A stretch of DNA of 64,000 bases. It comes from Lama guanicoe (Eukaryota). This document shows positions 22,250 to 34,473 of the stretch, piece after piece. The notes under the pieces were generated by a model. The model was not told the origin of the DNA. It saw only the letters and a list, made by a program, of their open reading frames with translations, and searched no databases. The stretch is taken from the NCBI GenBank assembly GCA_013239625.1, contig MU053588.1, positions 1,932,508 through 1,996,507 on the forward strand. Reading direction: 5' to 3'. Position numbers and translations under genes: made by a program. Within the stretch, counting starts at the first letter, position 1, and each line of letters opens with the position of its first letter.

Positions 22250-23070
22250 CCAGGTGAATCTGAGCATATTTCATGAGTGAATCTGTCCAGGGATCTGTGT
22301 CTGACCCCGTATGTCTAGGTGGGCGATTCAGTGTGGGGATCTGGGGGCCAAGTCTCTCTGACCAAGTGGTGTATCAACCTGATCAAGTATTTCTGAAGAT
22401 CAAGTCAATCTGACTGGGTGAATTTAACCATGTGTATCTGACCGAGATATGCAAGATTAGAACCAACTGTATCTCAGGCTGTGAATCTGGCTGTGCTGTG
22501 GGGTCAGATGGACCTTGTATGCCACCAAAGTACACCTGTCTGACCTGAAGCCTCTGAGGGACTCTCTCCGACAGGGTCTGTGTCAGCGGGTGACTCTCAC
22601 CACACGAATCTGATTGGGTGAAGCTGACAGGATAAATGTGACCAGGAGATTGGCCTGAGGGGAACTGCCCATGATCTGACCATGAATCTGTATGTATCTG
22701 CCGGGGGCTATGTCAGGGTCATGATTCTACTTAGGTGTAAGTGTAACTATCTAGTGCCTAAGTGTATCTCAGTGTAAATCTAACCAGGTATCTCTAACCA
22801 GAGGAACCCTTGTCTGAGATTATCAGACCAATTCTATCTGACCTTGTGTATTTCCCTGTCTAGGGGCATCTGACCAGGTGTAATTCTTCAGGTCTCTGAC
22901 TAGGAGTAGCTGAGAGAATTGACTTGACCAGGTGTACCTCTCTGTGCGGTTTGGAGAGGGTCAGCCACACTCATCTGAGTTCATGAATCCCGGAGAGTGA
23001 ACTGGACTGAAGGATTCTGACCAGGAGTATCTGAGCCACCCCATTACAATATGTGACCTAGCGTATTTCC
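22250..23070. repeat. Decayed ~15-bp tandem array (consensus ~GTGWATCTGACCAG)
   Basis: Many recurring ATCTGACC/TCTGACCAGG/GTATCT variants. Confidence 0.6.
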
Positions 23071-23232
23071 ATGTGTGAATGCAAAGGTGTTTCTTTGACA
23101 GAAGATATCTGGGCTCTGGGGAAGCAGGATGGTGCCTAAGCCCCCGGAGGAAAAGGCTCTTATCTTAAAGCCTTGTGAAGGGGAGAGGCGTGGAGACCCC
23201 TGCTATGTGGCCCATTTAGGATCAGTACTCAC

Positions 23233-23776
23233 GACAGAAGTCAGGCCGCCTCCACTCGCCGAGCTGGGCCCCAGCAGCCTGGCAGGCTGCCACATAGGCG
23301 GCCACGGCAGGGCAGAGGCCTCCCGGATGGCCCTGAGCCTGGCAGGCGTCCAGCAAGCAGGCCTGGAAGTACTGCTCGGGCGGCACGAGGCTGTGGCAGG
23401 GCGCCAGTGGGCTGTCGGTGGCTGAGATCATGCCGCAGGCGTCGGGGCCGCCGAAGGACTCCTGCTGCTCCGGCGTGCAGGGCTCCGGGCAAGGTCCGGG
23501 CACACACTCCCCGCAGCCCTCAGCGCCGCCCACCTGCCAGTCGCCAGGGTTCCCGTCCACCGCGTTCAGGTCGTCGTTGGGGTTCTGGTTGTAGTTCCCA
23601 CACAGGCCACAGAGGGTGCCCGCGTATGCCGCTGGCACGTGAAGGCGCACATTGCTGTCTCCGTCGAAAGCCAGCGAGATCCCGGCGGCGGTGGTCACCA
23701 CCACGTCGGCGCCGCTCAGGTGCGCGTGCAGGCGCGAATCCAGCTGGAAGGGCAGCGCCACCAGCTGGCCGTCCAC
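23233..23776 (-). CDS. FCGBP: FCGBP coding exon 14, VWD5 C-half + C8
   Basis: 544 nt, phase 0 to 1; CGLCGNYN; C|GTGAGT donor. Confidence 0.95.
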
Positions 23777-24172
23777 CTGCGGGCGCGGAGTTGGGGTTAG
23801 CGTAGTGAACATCACGGGCACAGGTTTGAATCCTGGACCCACTTTCTGGGGTGGAGGGGGCAGGTACCCTGAGCACGTGACCTCCCCCCTTGTAATAATA
23901 ATAGTCGTAGTAATAATGATGAGCATCTATAGACACGGTGTCACTGACTCCTCACACTACCCTCTGAAGCAGGCACTTAGACCCATTTTACAGAGGAATA
24001 AAGGCTCAGAGATAGGAAAGACACTGCTCCAAGCCATCTAGCTCCAAAGCTAGAACCCCTCCATCTGGCCCACTAACCTGTGAAAAGTGGTCGGGGTATT
24101 TGGCGGATCCCTAGCTTTCCCAGGCAACCCCGGGGCTGGCACATGCTCTTGTCTGACCCATAGACCCCTCAC

Positions 24173-24789
24173 CTGCAGCTGCCGGGGCCAGCCGGCACTG
24201 AGGGTGAAGCTGTGGCCGTAGATGTGCAGGGTGACAGTGCGGGTGTAACTGACGGCCTGGCTGCCCCGGTGCTCATTGGCTACAGTGACGGTGAAGTTCT
24301 CAACCCCCAAGGGTAGTTCATTGCAGGGTGCACTCAGCAAGTACTCGCAGGTGCCTTGGAAGTCAAATCGGTGCCCATCCAGGGTGATGTAATGAGGGTC
24401 ACCCCAGGCCTGACACTCAGTTGTGCTGACAGGGTGGCAGCCGTGCTGGCCTGAGGGCAGCAGGGCACATTCTTCACCTAGCCCGCAGCTGGCAGGCTTG
24501 CAGACCAGTGAGCCACCCCCAGGCCCACACTGGCACTGTTGGGAGCAGGTGGCATCAGACCAAAACTCGCTGCCTGGCTCGTGGTAGGTGCCGTTGGCCC
24601 AGCAGCCGCAGCCACCATCCAGGGGGACGCAGTGGTCGGCACTCCATACGAAGCCTGAGTCACACTGGCAGCCCTCAGCGCAGGGGCCCTCACAAGGGGC
24701 TGAGGTTGTGGGGGGCACAGGAGACGGGCAGCTGGCCGGGCAGGGTGGGCCACAGAGCTCGTAGTGGCTGTTGTCGGGGCAGGGGATCT
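24173..24789 (-). CDS. FCGBP: FCGBP coding exon 13, TIL + VWD5 N-half (WGDPH)
   Basis: 617 nt, phase 1 to 0; CAG|GTGAGG donor. Confidence 0.95.
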
Positions 24790-25123
24790 CTGTGGGTGGA
24801 TGAAGGGGTGGGAGAGAGAGAAAGAGAGAGAATGGTGTCAGGGGGTGGGGTCTGAGGATAGGGTAGAAGGAGACAGAGACCAAGAGAGACAGAGCAAGAG
24901 ACAAAGAGAGACTCGGTCAGAGACAGGGAGATAGAGAATGAGAAACATACAGAGACAAAGGGAGACGCCAATATGAGCGCCAAGAGACTGAGAGACAACA
25001 ACAAAAACAGACAGACAGAGAGAAAGAAACAAAAAGACCCAAAAGGACTGGAGTGAACCCAAACCAGCCTGGAAGAGGCAGGACCCCGGGCCCTAGCTCC
25101 TGCTCTGTTCCCCCAACACTTAC

Positions 25124-25697
25124 CACAACCGGCCTGTGCCCTCCAGTCCTCAATGACAACCCCAGCTGCCTGGCAGGCCGCAGCATAGGCGGCTAGAGCC
25201 TGGCAAAGTATGTCGTGGGCCCCACCGCCCAGGCAGACATCCAGAACGCAGCCCTTGAAGAAGCTATCGGGGGCCACGTGGTCATGGCAGGTGGCAAAGG
25301 GGCCTCCGGTGCCAGGGGCCAGGGGTCCACAGAAGCCAGAGCCCCCATACTCCTCCATTTGGTCCTCGGTGCAAGTTGGGCAAGATCCTTGACATTCGTC
25401 CCAGCACAGTGGGTCCCAGCCTGGGGCCCTCCAGCTGCCACCCCAGATGGGTATGGAGGGAGCCAGTGTGCCGTTCGGGAAGGCTTGGTCGTTGCTGAAG
25501 TTGCCATCCATGTTCCCGCACAGCCCGCACACCGCGCCGTGATAGCTACTGGGCAGCGTGACCTCCACGCGCCAGTCCCAGTCATAGCTGACCCGCAGCC
25601 CGAAGCTGGTGGTCAGCACTGCTTTTGATGCGCCCTGGGTCACTGAAAGCTGTCCACCGGCTACAGAAACAGGCAATGCTGTCAGCACACCGTTCAC
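25124..25697 (-). CDS. FCGBP: FCGBP coding exon 12, VWD4 C-half + C8
   Basis: 574 nt, phase 0 to 1; CGLCGNMD; G|GTAAGT donor. Confidence 0.95.
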
Positions 25698-26756
25698 CTG
25701 CAGGAGGATGGGAAGGGAGGCAAACACAGGTCACTTGAGATGCAGAGGCCCAGCTTTGGTCCCCTGCCTCCCTCCCTCATCCACGGCTGGGAGCTGCCAA
25801 GGCCTTCCTCACCACTGACGGTCATATAGTCGTTTGACAAACATTACGGACTTCTGCTCTAGTCCAGGCCCTGGAGAATGAAACCCGACTCTGCTGCTTT
25901 TTCTGGGTTTCTCTCTTGATCTCCATCTACCTCTTTTCTCTGTCTCTCCCTGTTGTCCCCCCCCCACTTTTTTTATTTTTACATCTTGACCTCTCTTTCT
26001 CACTCTGGTCTCTCTGAGTTTCTCTGACTCCAGCCCCCTAACCCCCAATATGTGTGTTACTTTCGCTCTCTGGGTTTATCTCTCTCTGGGTCTTTCTCTG
26101 GGTCTAACTCACTTACTGCCTTCCTCTCTCATTTCCTGTGCTTCTCTGTGTGTCTGGGCATCTCTTCCACTCTCTCCCCATTGTTTATTGAGTGCTTACC
26201 CTGTTCCATACCTCATTCTCTCTCCCTGTGAGCTGCCATTAACCTGCATCCCCCTTACCTTGGGCAGAAAGGGCAGCCCATCTCTCTCTCTCTCTCTCCA
26301 TCTCCCTGAATTTCTCTCCATGTTGGAGGCTCTGGGCCTTTCATTTGTTTCCTTACAAATATTCAAGGGTGTTCACCTGGGTCAGGCCCTCAGCTGAGCA
26401 CTTTACATACATACATGCATCACCTTACTGTGGGGCAAGGCCTGCTATGATCACCACTTCATGGATAAGGAAATGGAGGCCCACCAAGTCAAGTCATTTG
26501 CCCAACATCACCCAGCTCATAAAGAATTCTAACCCAGGTCTCTAAAAAGGCAAATTCTGAAGTCCTACATTATAGCCCTTAACAAAGGGCTAGATTCATT
26601 TAATTCCCAGTAGAGGGGTGATGTCTCTGCTATAATTATTGCTGCTCTTGCTGACACTTTGTTCCAGGACCAAGGGAAGAGAGAGAGTATGAGCTCCTAA
26701 CTGTGACCAGCAGGACCCTTCCCACCCTACTGGGGGGCTCAAGGGACCATCCTTAC

Positions 26757-27094
26757 CCGGACTTTGCCAATTTCGCCTTTGTGGATGGAAATGTTGGTGT
26801 TGAGGGTAGTCACAGTGACCAGTCTCACAAAGGACACGGCAGGGTTGCCCCGGTTCTCATTCTTGGTGGTGACAGTGAAGGGTATCAGGTCCTGGGCATT
26901 GACTCCTGGGCAGCTGGTTGATGCCAGCACATAGTTACAGGTGCCCTGGAAGTCAAAGTGCCAGCCGTCGAAGGAGTGGTAATGTGGGTCGCCCCAAAGC
27001 CAGCACATGACCTCGTAGTTGGGCACACACACGCCCTGGCCATCCTTCTCCTTGCATGTCTCCTGTGGCCGACACGTCACATTGTGGCACGGGT
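26757..27094 (-). CDS. FCGBP: FCGBP coding exon 11, Cys-rich linker + VWD4 N-half (WGDPH)
   Basis: 338 nt, phase 1 to 0; CGG|GTAAGG donor. Confidence 0.95.
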
Positions 27095-27189
27095 CTGGGG
27101 GCAGAGGAGAGAGGACTTTCAGGGGCTGCCCAGCGTAAGGCCAGCTGCTTCCCAGCAGCAGCCCCAGGCTGTGCCAGGGATACTGGCTC

Positions 27190-27930
27190 TAAGGGTTACC
27201 GTGTGTGAGACCAGATTGCAGGGTCCCTATATCTGAGATGCAAGCACTACAGTCTGCTGTTTCTGAGACCAGGCGCTGAGGCCCCTCTATGTCTGAAACT
27301 CAGGCCAAGTGGTGGACTGTGTCCAAGACCCTGTCAAAAGTCCCCACATCTGAGATGCAGGCCCTGCAGTTTGCTGTCTGAGACCTAGGACCCAAGGTCC
27401 TTTCAGCCAAGACCCAGAATCTAGGGTCTCTACATCTGAGACCCAGGTTCTGGGGTCCCCTGGCTTGAGATCTCAGCCCCAGAAGACTGAGGTCTGAGGC
27501 CAGAGCCCTAGGGGTTCCTGTGTCTGTGACGCCAGCCCCGTGGGCATCCATGAGGACACCCACAGCCCAGGGTTCTCTGTGTTCAAGGCCTGGGCCCCGG
27601 GTTCCCCCATCCCTGAGCTCCTAGCCTCCTGGGGGCCACCAGCTGAGACCAGGTCCTGGAGGTCTCTGTGCCCAAGACCAAGGTACTGCAGGAACTTTCT
27701 GGTGAAAAACTAACCACAGAGGCCCCAGCATTTGAGACCCTGACGCTGGGGTCCCTGTGTCTAAGGCTTATGGGCCTCAGGATCGCTCTTTGCAAGACTC
27801 GATCTCCCTGGGGTTGCTGCACCTGAAACCCTGGCCTTGGGGGAAAACTCATTTCTGAGGCCCTACCTCCAAGGGACTCTTTGTCCAATATGCTGTCCCT
27901 AGGGCTACTGAATCTGTGACCCCAGTCTTT
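27190..27930. repeat. Decayed ~30-bp tandem array (consensus ~TGTCTGAGACCCAGGCNCTGGGGTCCC)
   Basis: Recurring TCTGAGAC(C)CAG...GGGTCCC at roughly 30-nt spacing. Confidence 0.6.
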
Positions 27931-27944
27931 GCAACCCCTATGCC

Positions 27945-28530
27945 CAACCCCAGTCTTAAACTTCCTTTTCTGTCCCCCTGCGCCAATTTTCTATCGACTG
28001 CCCCTTAGCTTCAAATCCACGGAGAGAGTTAGGCTTTGTCAGCAGAGGGCGCTGGAGGGTCATAGCAGGAGGAAGGGGCGTCTGGTCATGCTTCCAGCAG
28101 GATTTGTTCTCCTGGCTCCTGGTGACGAGCAGGGCCAGTAGTATGGGGGACACCCACCCAGGGAGGTCCACTGGTTCTAGCTGGTTTCCCAGCGAGTCAC
28201 TCTGGCAGGCAGCTTCCCAATGAGTTTTACCAGCAAAAATCCCAATGGAGTTTTCCTGACCAGCCGGCACAAGCTCCCTATCACCCTTCAATAAGATCTG
28301 TGTCTTGGCCTTGGATTGGGAGCCCTCTTCCCAATTCCTCCCTTCCTTGGGTCCTCTGCTGTAGCCTTTGGGGCCAGGGTTGCTCCCTACATCTGCTCTT
28401 CTTGTGTTCGTTAGCGTTCTTTTTATCCCTTGGAAGTCAATCCCTATTACAAGCAAAGAATCCTATTAAACTTTCCCTATTTAAGCTACTGTGTGGCTTC
28501 TGCCTCCTGATTGGACTCCGACCATGATAC
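27945..28530 (+). mobile_element. Old ERVL-type solo LTR (LTR41-like) carrying a CTCF-like motif
   Basis: CAGCAGAGGGCGCTGGAGGG block; 3' end ATTAAACTTTCCC...CTCCTGATTGGAC...TGATAC; family name from recall. Confidence 0.5.
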
Positions 28531-28889
28531 CCCAGTCCCTGGGAGCCCCTGTTATCTTGCCCATCAGCCCTGAGGGCTCAATCAGCTCTGGAGGTATATC
28601 CCTTATCCTTGGGAATAAGGGACTTACTCCCTGCCCTTCACCCTAAGAAACAGTCCTGGGGGGTGCTCTGTGTCTTAGACTTAAACTGGGGAGGGTGTCC
28701 CCTATCTGAAACTGTGTCCCTATAAATCTTGACCCTCCACTTGAGGTGGGTCCTGTATCCAAGATCCTGGCCTTGGTAGGGTCTCTGCCTGAGAACTCAG
28801 GACTCTGCTTCCTGCCCTGTCCCTGTAGGCCCCAGTCTCCCCTACCCCTGGGGCATGGTGTCTGAAGCCGTGAGCCTAACCCCACAAAC

Positions 28890-29089
28890 CAGTGGTCAGC
28901 AAACTATGTGCTGCCAGCTGCCTGTTTCTGTAAATAAAATCTTACTGGAGTCACATCCCTTCACTCACATAGTCTACAGCTGATTTCACGCCGCAGTGCA
29001 GAGTTGAGTAGTCGTGACAGAGACCATATGGCTTGCAAGTTTAAATATTGACCATCTGGCCTTTTAGGGAAAAAGTCTGCCTGCCCCTG
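28890..29089. mobile_element. MER58A-like hAT DNA transposon
   Basis: CAGTGGTCAGCAAACT...GTAAATAAAATCTTACTGGA...GCAGAGTTGAGTAGTCGTGACAGAGACC...AAAAGTCTGCCTGCCCCTG. Confidence 0.75.
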
Positions 29090-29359
29090 CCTTACACTGA
29101 AGGTCTCTGCCAACTACCCTGGGAAACCCAGCCTGAGGGTCCCCACAGCCTGGATTCTACCAGAAGGGTCCCTGACTCCCAGCCTGGAAGGCCTCTGCCC
29201 CTGGTCCCAGGAATTCCAGCCTAAGGGTCCCCAGGTCTGAGAATTCAATCTTTAGTCCTCTGTGCTTCCCATCATGAAGATCCAGGTCACCCCAGCCTCA
29301 GCTCCAGAGTCCCTGTCCTCTTTTCCCCAGCCACACCAGCCCCAGCCCCAACCCAGCAC

Positions 29360-29501
29360 CTTTGGTGACGCAGCTCAGGACGCCTCCAGAGGGCTCGCAC
29401 ACCTGCCCTAGACTGCAGCTGTGGTTCTGGCATGCCAGGCCTTTTCCGGGGTGGCACACGCACTGCTGCTGGCAGTTGTCAATGAGTACTGCTTGCTCGG
29501 G
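29360..29501 (-). CDS. FCGBP: FCGBP coding exon 10 (PEQAVLIDNC...SCVTK)
   Basis: 142 nt, phase 0 to 1; TTGCAG acceptor, AAAG|GTGCTG donor. Confidence 0.92.
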
Positions 29502-30682
29502 CTGCAAGGGGGACAGAGGACATGGCTATCAGGGTGGGAGCTGGCTCTGGCAACTCCAGTGTTCTGGGCACAAAGGGGTCTGGAGGACATAAAAGGGACA
29601 TCTTCCAGCAGGATGGCCCCTTGTCTGTGGCCTTGGGGGTCAAATTCATTCATTCACTTTCATTCATTTACTCACTCAGTTATTTATTCCAAAATATCCA
29701 CTGAATGTCTGCTGTGTAGGAGAAATGATACATTATAGGAATTAAGAGCAAAGATTCTGGAGCAGATTGCCTGGGTCTGAAGCCTGTTTCTGTTATTTCT
29801 GAGTTATATCACTCTGTGCAAATTGTTTAACCTCATTCTGCCTCAGTTTCCTCACCTGTAAGTTACAGGTAATAAAAGCACCAACTCCTGAAAGTATAAC
29901 TGAATTACCAATACATATAAAGTATAGATGAAATGAAAAGGGATTTCCTTTAAACATCCAGACTGGAGAGGAAACAGGGGTAGAGATGAAACAAGACTGG
30001 GAAAATGTTGGTTATTTTGGAAGCTGAGTGGCAGTACATGGAGAAGTATTGTACTTGACTTTTGCATGTGTGAAAAATTTTATAATACAAAGCTTATATA
30101 TTCATGTAATGCATGTATATTATACATATAGCACTTAAAGCAGTAACCAGCACATAGTAAGCATCATCTACCTATTTGCTGTCAGTATTATCATTCATAG
30201 TAGGAGAAAAACAGAGAGGGTCCATACCCTCACAGAGCCCTCAAATCCTTGAGGGAGACTGACTTTAGATGAACACACACTCAAATCCAAGGAAAAGGAA
30301 TAACTCTGAGAGAGTAGGAGAGGGAAGCCAAGGGAGTTAGCCGCTGGTATAACAGAGACAAAATCTAGACCTGGGATTCAAAGCCAAAACATGACCTGGG
30401 GAGCCAGGGGAGGGTTTCAAGTTGCAGGACCTATGGTCATATTCAGAAAGGTCTTTCCAGCTACCGTGAGGACAGCGGTCCAGAGGGAGGGAGCAAAAGT
30501 GAGGGCTGGGAGGGAGCAAACTGGGAGAGGACAAACTGGACCATGGTAGGGCCATGGGGAGGGGAAGGATGGGTGGGAGGGACATACAGGAGGCCTAGTG
30601 GACAGGCTGTGGGGCTGATGGGCAGTGGGAGGGGGGTTCAGCATGTAGCCCCCGGCTCTGCCCGGGATGACTGGGTTCCTAC

Positions 30683-30882
30683 CTCATAGTAGATCCCATT
30701 GCTGTAGCAGCCACATTCCTGGATGGGCACGCAGGCTTGGCCGTCATTGAGGAAGCCGGAGTCACACTGGCAGCCCTCGGCACAGGTATCCGGGCACTGT
30801 GGAGACTCACTGAGCGCCGAGCAGCCCAGGGAGCAGGTGTCCGCACACAGCTCGTAGTGGCTGTTAGCGGGGCACTGCATCG
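30683..30882 (-). CDS. FCGBP: FCGBP coding exon 9, TIL domain
   Basis: 200 nt, phase 1 to 0; GAG|GTAGGA donor. Confidence 0.94.
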
Positions 30883-30989
30883 CTGCAAAGAGGGGGTGCG
30901 GGTCAGAGCCCCCGGGAGTGAGGGGCTGCAGGGCCCAGGGTCTGCCCCTTCTGTGCCTCTGCCTCCCGCTTGCTCTGCCCCTCACTCAC

Positions 30990-31581
30990 GACAGAAAGAT
31001 TCGGTCCTCCAGGATTCCACGTGGCCTCCAGCCGCCTGGCAAGCACTCACATAGGCATGAATGTTGTTGCAGAGAATGCTCTCATTCCCACCCCCCACGC
31101 AGAGATCAAAGACACAATCTTGCAAGGGACCCTGGGGATCCACCAGCTCGTGGCAGGTGGCCAGTGGCCCAGTGGTGCTGGTGAGGAGCCCGCAGAAATT
31201 TTCCTGCTCGTACTTCTCCTGCAGCTCAGGTTCACAATTAAAGTCAGAGTCGCAGTCCCCGCCAGGCTGGCAGGTGGGCGGTGGCAGACAAGGAGAGTCC
31301 TGCACTGCCTCCTCCCAGGAGTTGCCGAACTCATTGGAGCTGCCTGCCTGTGAGCCATCGGGCTTCTGGAAGTCATCCTTGGGGTCATCGTTGTAGTTCC
31401 CGCACAGGCCACACAGCTGTTCATAGTAGTTGCCTGGGACGGTGACCCGCACGTTGTACATGAGGTCGTAGGCCACTCGCAGGCCAAAGTCAGTCTCGAT
31501 CACAACATCCGAGCCATGCTGGTAGGCACGGACCTGGCCCTCGGCCAGCACCACTGGCAGCCTCATGTCCACACCGTTCAC
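30990..31581 (-). CDS. FCGBP: FCGBP coding exon 8, VWD3 C-half + C8
   Basis: 592 nt, phase 0 to 1; CGLCGNYN; C|GTGAGT donor. Confidence 0.95.
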
Positions 31582-31731
31582 CTGGGAGGTGGGAGATGCT
31601 GTGCTTCAGAGGGTACCCTTTGAGAGGGCAGACCCAAGATCAAGCCCCTGCCCGACATGGAAGATCCATATGACCACACTCTTTGGGTCTTAGTTTCCAT
31701 TATTTCTAAAATGGGCATAATAATAGGGTCT

Positions 31732-32171
31732 TGTAGTGGGTTGAATGGTGGCCCCCCAAAGATACGACCATCCAGAACCTCAGAATATGACCTTTTTTGG
31801 AATAAGCGTCTTTGCAGATGCAAGTAGCGTAATGATCTTGAGATGGGATCATCCTGGATTAGGGTGGGCCCTATGTCCAATGAAGAATGTCCCTAAAGAA
31901 GCCAGAAGAGGAGAAGATACAGAAACACACAGAGGAGGAGGCCATGTGATGATGAAGACAGAGGCAGAAGTGACGTGGCCACAAACCAAGAACACCTGCA
32001 ACCACCAGAAGCTGGAAGAGGCAAGGGGGGATTCTACCCCAGAGCCTTTGGAGGGGGTGCAGCTCTTGCCAACACTTTGATTTTGGACTTCTGGCTTCCG
32101 TAACTGTGAGAAAATTTCTGTTGTTTTAAGCCACCAAGTTGGTGGTAACCTGTTACAGCAGAACAGATGCA
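31732..32171 (+). mobile_element. MaLR solo LTR (MLT1C-like)
   Basis: TGTAGTGGGTTGAATGGTGGCCCCCCAAAGATA start, TG...CA ends, perfect 5-bp TSD GGTCT. Confidence 0.85.
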
Positions 32172-33880
32172 GGTCTCAGTGGAGCTCCACCCTTACCCGC
32201 TATCGTTTATTCACCTCTTACTGCTGTGATAGACAGTGCAGTGATTGACTCCAGAGTCATCGGCCTGGGCTCAAATGCATCTCTGCCCCTTACTCTCTGC
32301 GAACTTGGGCAGGCGAATCACCTCTGTTTCTGTTTCCTCATCTACTGTGTGGGAATGAGGTACCTACCCCATAGATTAGGTACCTCATTTGGATTAGATA
32401 TATTGAAATTTGGAAAGTGCTGAGGAATGTGTCTGGCACAGAATGGGTGCTCTGGGAGCATTCGCTGTTATTATTAGCCATAGCTGGAGGTTTTTATTTT
32501 GAGGAGTAAGTGAGTGCTAAGAATTTTTGCTTTAAGCATCCCATGGGTGGAAAGTCAGGCTAAATTTCTGGGGGAAATGAACTTCTAATCCATGAGTCAA
32601 GAACTAGTGGTTTTCAGTTGAAGGCTGCTGGGCACAAACAAAGCCTCGTAAACCCACCCCCGATTAAGACAGTTGCTCATCCTTCCTGAAGGCAGATGCG
32701 ATGAGCATTAGATCCTTTTGGAAGTGTGAGGAATCAGAGAAGGCAGGAGAAAGACACGCTCCTGACTGAATCTCCTAAAAACAGTCAACCACCATACTTC
32801 CCAAGCAGGGATGAGTAGTGGTTAAGGACAAGTGATGCAACTTCTGTGCCTCAGTTTTCTCATCTGTAAAGTGGGCTAACAGTAATTTCTACCCAAGAGA
32901 GAACCTGGGGGATTCAGTGAGATGCAAATAACAAGAACACTCACAATTCATATTAATTTAGAGCCAACCATATGGCAGGCACTTTTCCAGGAGCTTTGGC
33001 TACATGAGAGACTATATAAAAGCATCTAACACATGTTCAGTGCATAGTGAGCCCCTGAAAAAGTCAGCTACTGATCAGCATCCTCATTGTCAATACTGCT
33101 ACTAGTACAATGACTATGTGGAATCTCTGGGGAAATCCGTCTAGTGTAAGAGAAATGCCAGTTTCCATAGAAGACCAAATCCTTCTCCGTCAGAAAAGTG
33201 TCACCCCAGAGCACCCAGGGTCCAGTGTGCTGTTTCCTGGCACAGTATCCTGGATTCAAGTCTTGCCTTTGCTAGAGGGCCTTGGGCTAGTGATGGAGCT
33301 TCCCCCTCTAAAAAAATAAAGTAAATCATGGTACTTCCAGTTACTGTTGTGAGGATAAAATGACACTGGGGATGTGAAGTGCTTAACAGCCAACAGGGTC
33401 TGGGGTCAGCCGTGTAAAAACCATCACTGCTGTTATTGCTGTTGCTGTGGATGTTAAGGGGTGATGGGGTCACTTGCAGATTGTCCTCTTTCCTTGAACC
33501 TTTCCAGCCACTGACTGCATGATGTTCTAGCACTGGCCAGGAGACCAGGAGGTGGCTGGGGCAGGGACTGGGGTGGGAGGGATGATGGAAGGAAGGAGGG
33601 AGTGGGAGAGACATCCAGAAGTGATAATCTAGGGGCAGGGAGAGGGCAGACTGAGCCACATGGGAGCAGGTCTAGGTCCCCAAGGCCTCTCGCCTCCTTG
33701 GTTCCCGCACTGTAGGCTCTGACTGGCACCTCCTCTCCGCAGGGACCTCATGCCTCCCACATCCAGTCCGACCTCTGCACCCACTGCACCCCCCACCCCG
33801 CTGAATGCTGCGCATGCCCCACCCACAGATCGCCCTCTACCCCAGGCTCCCTCCCCTTCACGTTCTGCCCCAGCTCTCAC

Positions 33881-34473
33881 CGTGACCTTCCACTGCTGCT
33901 GCTCCAGCCGCAGGGTGAAGTTGGCCACCTGGACAGTGATCGCCCTGGTCACACTGACTTTCCCATTGCCCCAGGCCACATTCTCCTGCAGGACTGCAAA
34001 CTGGGCCAAGCCAGGCTGGGTGCCACAGGTCCGAGCCAGTGCGTACACACAGGTGCCCATGAAGTCGAAACGGCGGCCGTCGAAGGTGGTGTAATGGGGG
34101 TCTCCCGACGCCTGGCAGGTGGCAGAGCCCACAGCCACGCAGCCCAGGACACCATCCGACACCTGGCAGGCCTCGTGTGGGCCGCAGGTGGAGGACTCAC
34201 AGGACACCAGGCCGTCCTCCTTGCAGTGGCAAAGGGAATCGCAACCCGGTCCCGGGTAGAAGGTCTGGCCGGGCGGGTGGTAGGCGCCCTGGTACACGCA
34301 GCCACAGGAGGGCAGCTGCACGCAGGACTCACCGTCGAGCACAAAGCCGTCGTCACACACGCAGCCCTCTTTGCAGTTGGAGCTGCAGCCCCCGGGCACT
34401 GGGACGTCTCCGCAGGACAGCGGGCAGCCGTAGGAACACACCTCGTAGTGGCTGTGGGGCGGGCAGCTGGGCG
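33881..34473 (-). CDS. FCGBP: FCGBP coding exon 7, TIL + VWD3 N-half (SGDPH)
   Basis: 593 nt, phase 1 to 0; ACG|GTGAGA donor. Confidence 0.95.

Noticed and set aside
22250..29260. CRISPR-like repeat-spacer arrays
   Set aside because: Eukaryotic intron; units are degenerate and contiguous with no constant repeat or unique spacers
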